Assembly: GCA_964016885.1 (NCBI GenBank)
Contig: OZ024741.1
Coordinates: 295,058,001 to 295,122,000, forward strand
Length of the DNA: 64,000 bases
Direction: 5' to 3'
Source of the DNA: Eledone cirrhosa
Lineage: Eukaryota
Position 1 is the first letter of the stretch, and each line of letters begins with the position of its first letter. Shown in pieces: positions 53,001-64,000 of the stretch. The notes beneath the pieces were generated by a model, which did not search any database, was not told where the DNA came from, and saw only the letters and a program-made list of their open reading frames with translations. The position numbers were made by a program, and so were the translations under genes.

Positions 53001-56000
53001 TGTCAATTACCAGTCTAGTAGACCACACAGTCTTAGATCATGTCAATTGCCAGTCTAGTACACCACACAATCTTAGATCATGTCAATTACCAGTCTAGTA
53101 CAACATACAGTCTTAGATCATGTCAATTGCCTGTCTAGTACACCACACAGTCTTAGATCATGTCAATTGCTAGTCTAGTACACCACACAATCTTAGATCA
53201 TGTCAATCACCAGTCTGGTACAATGCAGTCTTAGATCATGTCAATTGCCAGTCTAGTACACCACACAGTCTTAGATCATGTCAATCACCAGTTCTAGTAC
53301 ACCACACAGTCTTAGATCATGTCAATCACCAGTCTAGTACAACACAGTCTTAGATCATGTCAATTGCCAGTCTAGTACAATGCAGTCTTAGATCATGTCA
53401 ATTACCAGTCTAGTACACTACACAGTCTTAGATCATTTCAATCACCAGTCTAGTACAACACACAGACTTAGATCATGTCAATTGCCAGTCTAGTACAATG
53501 CAGTCTTAGATCATGTCAATTGCTAGTCTAGTACACCACACAATCTTAGACCATGTCAATTACCAGTCTAGTACAACACACTGTCTTAGATCATGCTGAT
53601 TGCCAGTCTAGTACACCACACAGTCTTAGATCATGTCAATCACCAGTCTAGTACAACACACAGTCTCGGATCCTGTCAATTGCTAGTCTAGTACACCACA
53701 CAGTCTTAGATCATGTCAATTGCTAGTCTAGTACACCACACAGTCTTAGATCATGTCAATTACCAGCTTAGTACACCACACAGTCTTAGATCATGTCAAT
53801 TGCCAGTCTAGTACACCACACAGTCTTAGATCATGTCAATCACCAGTCTAGTACACAACACAATCTTAGATCATGTCAATTACCAGTCTAGTACAACACA
53901 CAGTCTTACATCATGTCAATCACCAGTGTAGTACACCACACTATCTTAGATCATGTCAATCACCTTTGTAGTACACCACACAGTCTTAGATCATGTCAAT
54001 CACCAGTCTAGTACACCACACAGTCTTAGATCATGTCAATTGCCAGTCTAGTACAACACTGTCTTAGATCATGTCAATTACCAGTCTAGTACACCACACA
54101 GTCTTAGATCATGTCAATCACGAGTCTAGTACAACACACAGTCTTAGATAATGTCAATTGCCAGTCTAGTACAATGCAGTCTTAGATCATGTCAATCACC
54201 AATCTAGTACAACACACATTCTTAGATCATGTCAATAACCTGTCTAGTTCAACACACAGATTTAGATCATGTCAATCTCCAGTCTAGTACACCACGCAGA
54301 CTTAGATCATGTCAATTACCAGTCTAGTACAACACACAGTCTTAGATCATGTAAATTGCCAGTCTAGTACAACATACAGTCTTAGATCATGTCAATTGCC
54401 AGTCTAGTACAACACACAGTCTTAGATCATGTCAATTACCAGTCTAGTACAATGCAGTCTTAGATCATGTAAATTGCCAGTCTAGTACACCACACAGTCA
54501 TAGATCATGTCAATTACCAGTCTAGTACACCACACATTCTTAGATCATGTAAATTGCCAGTCTAGTACAATGCAGTCTTAGATCATGTCAATGACCAGTC
54601 TAGTACACCACACAGTCTGAGATCATGTCAATTGCTAGTCTAGTACACCACACAATCTTAGATCATGTCAATCACCAGTCTAGTACACCACACTACCTTA
54701 GATCATGTCAATCACCTGCGTAGTACACAACACAGTCTCAGATCATGTCAATCACTAGTCTAGTACAACACAGTCTTAGATCATGTCAATTACCAATCTA
54801 GTACAACACACAGTCTTAGATCATGTTAATAACCAGTCTCATACAACACACAGATTTAGATCATGTCAATTACCAGTCTAGTACACATCACAGTCTTACA
54901 TCATGTCAATCACCTTTGTAGTACACCACACAATCTTAGATCATGTCAATCACCTTTGTAGTACACCACACAGTCTTAGATCATGTCAATCACCAGTCTA
55001 GTACACCACACAGTCTTAGATCATGTCAATTACCAGTCTAGTACAACACACTGTCTTAGATCATGTGAATTACCAGTCTAGTACACGACACAATCTTAGA
55101 TCATGTCAATTACCAGTCTAGTACACCACACAGTCTTAGATCATGTCAATTACCAGTCTAGTACACCACACTGTCTCAGATCATGTCAATTACCAGTCTA
55201 GTACACCACACAGTCTTAGATCATGTCAATTACCAGTCTAGTACAACACACAGTCTTAGATCATGTAAATTACCAGTCTAGTACACCACACTATCTTAGA
55301 TCATGTCAATCACCATTCTAGTACACCACACTATCTTAGATCATGTCAATCACCTGTCTAGTACACCACACAGTCTTAGATCATGTCAATCACTAGTCTA
55401 GTACAACACTTTCTTAGATCATGTCAATTACCAGTCTAGTACACCACACAGTCTTATATCATGTCAATCACGAGTCTAGTACAACACACAGTCTTAGATC
55501 ATGTCAATAACCAGTCTAGTACAACACACAGATTTAGATCATGTCAATCTCCAGTCTAGTACACCACACAGTCTTAGAACATGTCAATTACCAGTCTAGT
55601 ACAACACACAGTCTCAGATCATGTAAATTGCCAGTCTAGTACAACATACAGTCTTAGGTCATGTCAATTACCAGTCTAGTACACCACACAATCTTAGATC
55701 AAGTCAATTGCCAGTCTAGTACACCACACAGTCTTAGATCATGTCAATTACCAGTCTAGTACACCACACAGTCTTAGATCAAGTCAATTGCCAGTCTAGT
55801 ACAATGCAGTCTTAGATCATGTCAATCACCAGTCAAGTACAACACATAGTCTTAGCTCATGTCAATTACCAGTCTAGTACACCACACAGTCTTAGATCAT
55901 GTCAATCACTAGTCTAATACAACACTGTCTTAGATCATGTCAATTACCAGTCTAGTACACCACACAGTCTTAGATCATGTCAATTGCCAGTCTAGTACAC

Positions 56001-56541
56001 CACACAATCTTAGATCATGTCAATGACCAGTCTAGTACAACACACTGTCTTAGATCATGTCAATTACCAGTCTAGTACACCACACAGTCTTAGATCATGT
56101 CAATTGCCAGTCTAGTACACCACACAATCTTAGATCATGTCAATTACCAGTCTAGTACAACTTACAGTCTTAGATCATGTCAATTGCCAGTCTAGTACAC
56201 CACACAGTCTTAGATCATGTCAATTGCTAGTCTAGTACACCACACAATCTTAGATCATGTCAATCACCAGTCTGGTACAATGCAGTCTTAGATCATGTCA
56301 ATTGCCAGTCTAGTACACCACACAGTCTTAGATCATGTTAATCACCAGTCTAGTACACCACACAGTCTTAGATCATGTCAATCACCAGTCTAGTACAACA
56401 CAGTCTTAGATCATGTCAATTGCCAGTCTAGTACAATGCAGTCTTAGATCATGTCAATTACCAGTATAGTACACCACACAGTCTTAGATCATGTCAATTG
56501 CTAGTCTAGTACAATGCAGTCTTAGATCATGTTAATTGCCA
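47047..56541. repeat. Satellite array, about 240 monomers of 38-40 bp, with higher-order repeats
   Basis: Consensus AGTCTTAGATCATGTCAATTACCAGTCTAGTACA(A/C)CACAC; no ORF in the track across the array; diagnostic variants recur in fixed order. Confidence 0.98.
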
Positions 56542-57890
56542 ACAAATTAGGATTCAAAAAATGAATATATTTTGTTGACTGAATATCCTAACCTGATATG
56601 TTAGTTCTTACCTTATTACAAAATACACTAATTTCTGGTTTTTGCAGGCCATAATACAAGATAACGTAACTAACATTATTACTGATCAAATTCATTATGT
56701 ACTGGTTTACCTTACATCCTATGATAAATAGAAATTACTAAGTGTGAGGTTACAAGAACAATCTATCCATAGCTGTCACAAAAGTATTAATTATCTACAC
56801 TTATTAATTATGAGTATCAAATTTAAATGTTCAGATTACATGAAACATTAATTGGAATTAAAGATGAATGTACGTTGCAGAAAAAGTGAGTCTGGATCAT
56901 TTGGACAGAAGTCTGTATTTCAATTTTTAACAGATCTAAGTCATTTTCAAAGATCTTACACAAAATTTTCTGCTTTAGAGTTCTCAATATTTTGTCACTG
57001 TATTTAAATTTAAAAAATATCTATCTAGTTGTTGTCTATCTACTACAGGATGAAGCCTCAGCAATTGAGTTTGTTTTAGCCCTACATGTTCACACTAGAT
57101 GAAGAGTGTCTGGGATATAAACCTTTTCCAATCACATGAAGGATCCATAGAATTAGTTGATAGCTTCTGCTATCAAGGTGACCTAATTATCAGCAAAGGA
57201 TGGTACTCAGAGCATAATAGCTAGAATAAGGATAGGATGGAAGAAGTTTAAAGAGCTACTCAAACTGTTGACAATAAAATTGTGGGAGGGACAGAGGGTA
57301 AAATTTGAATTGAGAATGCAATCACTTGGAACAGTACAGCAAAGCATTTCATATGTCTCTGTAAAACAATGCTGCCAATCCATTGTATCTTCTAGACTTG
57401 TACTTATTTATCATCACTTAAAGGGTGAAAGGCAAAGTTGATATTAGCATGATTTGAACTCCGAGCTCTGAGAGCTGGGTCAAATACCATAAGGCATCTA
57501 ATTTGACACTAACAACTTTACAAATTTTCCACCTTAAATAAGGTACCAGCAGTTAAATATAGCCAAATATTGTTGTTTTGTGGCTTTATGGTTTATTAGT
57601 TCTTAGTTATGCAGTCTTAGTATATTTCAGTAGTAATATATAGAACAATAAATGTAGAAAAGTGAGGAAAATAAGTGAACCATGTCTAACAGTTGCATAC
57701 ACTGCATTGTTAACAGTTGTTTCTCCATATAATCTGTTGTTTTAACAGCATCTACTAAACAGCTTTTGTCTGTCTGCATTACTCAGTGCCAGATAATAAT
57801 ATTTATTTAACAACTGGCATATTTCTGCTACAAATTTAGACATAAATCACCTGCTCATATAGGCGTTCTATATATTTCTCTCTTTCTGCG

Positions 57891-57928
<38 letters not shown>

Positions 57929-57934
57929 CACACT

Positions 57935-57965
<31 letters not shown>

Positions 57966-59619
57966 AGACAGTGTATCTCTCTTATAAATGAGAATGTAAT
58001 GGAGTAATGCTTTGTTTTAAGAAAACAATGTATGTATGCTGCCAACTTCTGTGACTTTTGTTTATAGAAATGAGGTGAAAAAACCCATTCTTAGAAATTG
58101 ACAACTACTACTTAGATACTGAACATTTAAGTATGTACTATTAAGAGAAATATAGTCACTGAAACAGTTCCCTTGTCTGATGTCACACAATCACATCAGA
58201 CATGGAGAAAATGTTTCTGTTAATTTGATTTTCTAATAAAAATATTGATTATCTGTTTTAAAATTTTAATTGTGTTTATTAACCATATTCTTTCTCTATA
58301 TCTCTTTCCCACTTTCTTTCCTTCTCTGGAATAAATCTACAGTGTTCAGACATAAATAGGGATGGGCTCCACCAGGTTTTAAATGCCCAAGAAGCATAGT
58401 CTGCCACTATGGCACTCAAATGACTACATCAGGACTTATGGGACCATACCATACCAACCAAATTTTTCCCATATTTCTAATGAAAGACACTGCCCATAGT
58501 TTCCAATTTATTTTTTAAATATTCTCAAATTTGAAGGGATTTAGTAAAATAACTAACCATTTCATAATTAATCTTGTAATGAGAGCACAAATTAACAAAA
58601 TTTCTTATATATAATTATGACTGAAGTTTTTAGATAACTATAGATACTTTAAAGCAAAGAATTTTAAATCACTAAACCAAGGGCAATTTCAGGTAGTTTG
58701 TTGGTATTAGAAGGATTGAATAAATTAAATATATAAATATTCTTTTTCTTCTACTTATTCCTAGGAGGCTCATGGGGCAGAGTCCTCAATCACTTCTTTC
58801 AACAGATCCTGACAGAAGGAACTATCTCCAATTTATCCAGCTGGATCCGAAGTGAGATCAGCCAAGCTCATGGATGTTATCCAACCATTTTGCTCTGGAT
58901 CTACCCCTGAGTCTGCTGCTGGCTGGTTTACTGGCTAAAATACTGGTGCATTGAGTATTTGGTTTTGTCCTTCCATGTTTTGATTTAAAATCTTGGCAGA
59001 ATCAATTATATTTTTCGTGACTTTTGTGTTGGTGAATCATCATCATCATCCTTTTACACCTGCTTTTCCATGATGCTATGGATTGGACAGATTATTACTG
59101 ACCAAGTCAGTAGTTATTTGAAGCTACAGTTCTCATTCTTGGTGGACCACATCTCATTTATTTGTTTTAGTTTTCACATAGCTTTTACAGCATGATGTAC
59201 TTTCTAATTCCAACCACTTTACAAAGTGTATTGGATGTATTTTATTGTGATTCCAGCAGTAGAGAGATTGTTATATCTTTGACGGGACTGAATAGTCCTC
59301 TTTACTCTTTTTTGGCGTAGTTTCTACAGTTAGATATTCTTTCTAACATCAACCAGCAAAGTGTAATGTGTACATTTTGGTATGGTACCAGCACTAAGCA
59401 GATTGTCATGTCTGTTCTTAAGGTGAATGAAGTGCCTGCTCTGCTCATCTTTTACATGGGTTTTACAGTGGGAAGCTCTTCTTAACACTGCCAATCACTT
59501 TAATGAATATGTACCAACAATTCATTGGGGTTAATTCAGTATAGTCTTTCCTTTAAAAAATTTGGCTTTGTATCCTGTTAAAAGAAAATCTGTGCTATTA
59601 GGCCATATCTTGAACTATT

Positions 59620-59745
59620 TAGCTTTGCCTTTCATCCTTATGAGATTGATAAAATAAAGTACCAGTAATGCACTGGGGTCAATTTAATCAACTTCCTCTT
59701 TCCTGAAATGGTTGGCCTTGTGCCTAATTAAAAACAATTATTATT
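59620..59745 (+). mobile_element. SINE family B, 3' half
   Basis: ctttgcctttcatcctta...gataaaataaagtaccagtaatg...ggccttgtgcc. Confidence 0.78.
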
Positions 59746-60465
59746 ACTTTAATGTAATTCACTTTTAGATACATAGTACTCAACACACGTGGGTGCTTTC
59801 ATTTATGTATATACAAATGTAAATGGGTTGGATGACATTTTTTGAGGCACTGTACTACAGACAGATGTTCTTCCTGATGCTAACCCCTACTTGTTTTTTA
59901 AGTATGGTCTTAGTCTCCACTTATCTGACTATTGAGGTATGGAGAATATTGTTTGTGTAGAACTTGAATGTCATAATCTGGCAGTGTGAAATGCAAAATA
60001 AAAACAGGAACATACACTAACACATGAATGTGTGAAGATGGCCGGCTGAATATGCACGTGTGTTTTTTTTCTCCCCAAATGTTTTTCTCATCTTCCTTGT
60101 TCCTTCCTCATATCACTCTTTACTTTTTATTTATCTTCTCGCGATTTCAAGCATTAAACTAATATATTTCTTCCATGTACTGTGCCATTTGTTTTGTTGT
60201 TTTTGTTATGTCTGTTTATCTTTTACATACATATATATATATATTTATGTTGTACTTTGCATAGTTTTGGCAAGGTTTTACTGGTGGGATGCCCATTCTA
60301 TCACCAACCACTTTACAGTATGAACTGGGTGCATTATTCATGCCAACAATACTAGAGAAGTTGTTATACCAAATTAAAGGGTTCTCTCTACCCTTTATCA
60401 GTTTTATTCAGAGTGACAGCTCTCCTAGACTGGTTGCCATCTCCATGGCTTACGGAGGCCATGTC

Positions 60466-62300
60466 TACTATAAGGAGATGCCCTAGATAGGGGTAACTAT
60501 AGAGGCATTAAATTAATCGACCAGGTCATGAAGGTCACAGAAAAAGTAATAGCGCAACTAATCAGAGAGCGAATTGATCTAGATGAAATGCAGTTTGTGT
60601 TTGTGTCAGGTAAAAGTACCACAGACGCTCTTTTCATTGTACAACAACTACAGGAGAAGTACCTAGCTAAAAGTAAACCACTATACTTAGCTTTTGTCGA
60701 CTTGGAGAAAGCCTTTGACAGAGTCCCCCGTTCCATTATCTGGTGGGCTCTTAGAAAACTAGGTGTTGATGAATGGCTTGTGAGAGCTATATAAGCCATG
60801 TATAAATAAACAGTCAGCAAGGTTAGAATTAACAACGAATATAGTGAAGAGTTTAGCGTAAAAAGTTGGTGTTCATCAGGGCTCCCTTCTTAGCCCCCTA
60901 CTATTTATTATTGCCCTTCAGGCTATAACAGAGGAGTTCAAGACCGGCTGCCATTGAGAACTCCTATACGCAGATGATCTAACGCTCATAGCTGAATCAA
61001 TGGCTGAACTAGAGGAGAAATTCCAAACATGGAAGCATGGCCTAGAATCAAAAGGCCTTAAAATTAACCTGGCTAAGACTAAAGTTCTAGTTTGTAGGAA
61101 GGAAAATAGGGCACCGGTCCCATCCGAGAAATGGCCATGCTCAGTGTATAGGAAAGGAGTAGGCAGAAACTCCATTTTATGTCCCAAATGCAAAGTATGG
61201 GTGCATAAAAGATGTAGTGCGGTCACAGGTAAGTTAACTAAGAATATAGATTTTATATGTGGCCGGTGCTCTGGTGCAATAAGTAGCAGCAAGTGCCCAC
61301 AGAATACTAGCTCATTCCATTGCACAGATGGTTCTATAGAAATAGTGGACACCTTCCGTTACTTGGGTGACAAAATCAGCAGTGGTGGAGGGTGCTCTCA
61401 AAGTACAGTAGCTAGAGTCAGAACTGGATGGAAAAAGTTCAGAGAGCTTATACCACTATTAGCAGCTAAAGGGTTCTCTCTAAAAATGAAAGGCAGGCTG
61501 TATGATGCCTGCATACGAACAGCAATGTTACATGGCAGTGAGACATGGGCATTGTGTGCAGAGGATATACGCAAACTGGAGAGGAACAAAGCTTGCATGC
61601 TCCGCTGGATGTGTAATAGTAATATACGTGAACGGCAAAGCATAAACGAACTAAGGGAAAAATTAGAAATAAGAGGTATCAGATGTTGTTTACTCGAGAG
61701 AAGACTACGTTGGTACTATGAAAGACGACAGCTGTATAAAAAAGTGCAGGGCAATAAAAATAGACGGTAGCCACGGAGTAGGCAGACCCAGAAAAACCTG
61801 GGATGACTTGATAAATTTCGACCTCACACACTCACACCTCTCCAAGACAATGTCACTGGACCGAGATCTTTGGCGCTACACAGTAATACAGAAGACCCGC
61901 CTTGCCTAAGTACAAAGTGAAACCTACTACAGTCAGTAGACACCTCTAACAAAAATACACCCCGTCCCACTACCACCACCCCATCCACACCACCCCTTTC
62001 AATGTAAAGTTATGTTGGTACCACAACATCCAGTCCGAAACAAATGAGGTCCTGTAGATGTCACGACAAAAAACACACAGTCCACGCTGTAATGTGGCCG
62101 TGTAGGTAACACGGTAAAAACCTCCCAGTCCACATTGTAAACGTGGTTGGTGTTGGGAAGGGCACCCAGCCGTAGAAAACCCGCCAGACAGTCCTATGCG
62201 AGCAAGACAACCACTCTTGCCTCAAGTGGGAAAACTCCCGTCCAAACCCATGCAAGCTTGGAAGATGGACGTTAAACGATGATGATGATGATGATGATGA
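60466..62300 (+). mobile_element. 5'-truncated RTE LINE (type B), disrupted
   Basis: ORFs 60528-60794 (LAFVDLEKAFD), 61000-61770 and 61718-61909; YADD near 60966; 3'UTR and (GAT)n tail. Confidence 0.95.
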
Positions 62301-62659
62301 TATATATACACACATAGACACACAGAAGTATTTATTTATGTGATGCATATATAAATTTCATCATTAAAATGTATTTATAGACATAGCTATTTTCTCGATT
62401 CATCTCTCTATCTCTCATATAAACATACACAACGTTTGCTCTCTAAAATGTGTTCATACATACACATATGCACATACATATGTATACAGACATATGTATA
62501 CATATATATACATGCATACATATATACATACTTGAATACATACATATATAGAATATCTATTTTCTCTTTAAAATGTGTATGCACATTGGATGTCTGTGTG
62601 TGTAATATGTACAAACATATACAGAATAACATAGGCATATAAAATAGAATATGCATGCT

Positions 62660-62980
62660 TATTATTTCTGTGTGTCTGTATGTTGTGTGTTGCATGTTTG
62701 TATGTATGTCTGTTTGTATGTGTATTCTGCTTGTATGTGTGTGTTGCATGTTTGTGTGTGTATGTTGTCTGTTTGTTTGTGTGTGTCTGTGTGTATGTTA
62801 CCTCTTTGTGTCGGTGTATGTTGCCTCTTTGTGTGTGTCTGTGTGTATGTTACCTCTTTGTGTCGGTGTATGTTGCCTCTTTGTGTGTGTCTGTGTGTAT
62901 GTTAAATGTGTGTGTATGTTGCCTGTTTGGGTGTGTGTGTCTGTGTGTATGTTACCTGTTTATGTGTGTGTGTGTATGAC
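62660..62980. repeat. TG-rich minisatellite / low-complexity tract
   Basis: Repeats of tgtgtatgtt(a/g)cctctttgtgt. Confidence 0.85.
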
Positions 62981-63379
62981 TATCTTAATTAGTATGCTTG
63001 AGGGCATATTTCTTACTTTTTATCTAGTCAAACTTTTATTTATTTGTTCAGCGTAGAGAATTAAATTTCTTTCTTTCATCACAAGATACCTGATCATTTA
63101 GCACCTGTATAATAATAATAAAGACAGGTAGAGAGAGTTACTTGCTAGAATTAGAAAAAGGAAAGAGAGAATGAGTAAAAAAGCTGATTGAGTTTTTATC
63201 ACATTGTCTGCTTAGATCAATAATCAGAGTGTGTAAGATGTCTCCTTGTAAACTACTGTGTGAAAGTCTTGCAAGCAAAGTTGGTTTACAACGTTCACAT
63301 ACGAAACTAACAGGTAAGAAATATTTACTTGAATTACATTTACATATTAAATATGTTACCTTTTACCTTATATTGTGTG

Positions 63380-63412
<33 letters not shown>

Positions 63413-63557
63413 ATCTGTATATATGTATGTATATATGTATATGTGTGTGTGTGTGTGTGTGTAAATACATGTATCTGTATGTGGTTAACCGCTGAGAAAA
63501 AAGAGTACTCAATACCATAGTAAATTTTTGATATTTACTTTATTTAGCCTTAGTAAA

Positions 63558-63716
<159 letters not shown>

Positions 63717-63857
63717 TATATATATATATATATATATAAATATATACATGCAGATTGTATCTGGAATCTCAAATTTGGTGGTCACTCTAACACTGACGGG
63801 TACCATCGCTGAATGTTAATATCGGTAGGGTTTTTTTTTTATCGATATTGTTGGGCA

Positions 63858-63979
63858 TCCACTGATGATTTATAAGTGCCCACCTGCATATATTCCTATA
63901 GACTATGTGTAAGCTTCTACATAACCTGGATATTATTTTCCCAACTTCTAGAAAACTTATAATGAAACAATCGTTTGGA
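63858..63979 (+). ncRNA. Type I hammerhead-like motif with long stem II insertion
   Basis: TCCA-CTGATGA (63862-63868)-tTTATAAGT...ACTTATAAt-GAAA (63964-63967)-CAATCG-TT-TGGA; NUH = GUU. Confidence 0.6.
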
Positions 63980-64000
63980 AAGAGGGATGTATTTAATTAT

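Noticed and set aside
47047-56541. CRISPR-like array
   Set aside because: No unique spacers: the whole 40-mer repeats with point variants; no cas genes; eukaryotic context

Overview
AT-rich, repeat-dominated eukaryotic DNA. The (TA)n/(CA)n/(CAT)n microsatellites and the mix of RTE LINEs and tRNA-SINEs point to a mollusc, most likely an octopus/cephalopod intron or intergenic region (inference). No complete host gene is visible; there is one candidate first coding exon (21028-21169). Most ORFs in the track are microsatellite artefacts or retrotransposon fragments. Mobile content: many 5'-truncated RTE LINEs (RT with an inserted PHD-type finger), three SINE families, a CR1/L2-type endonuclease relic, a Penelope-like RT relic, a decayed DD37D (maT-type) transposon, a non-autonomous Helitron and several MITE families. 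There is also a ~9.5-kb satellite of ~40-bp units with higher-order structure. The most interesting signal is a set of type-I hammerhead ribozyme motifs read directly from the sequence. These are a divergent pair inside a near-perfect 172-bp-arm palindrome (298-646), a minimal one (13269-13313, minus strand), two long-stem-II variants (5288-5404, 63858-63979), one split by a SINE (35536-35823) and a degenerate inverted pair (30325-30528). Hammerheads are known from Penelope-like elements, so the class is not new, but these instances and variants merit testing. All folds were paired by eye and none is shown to be active.
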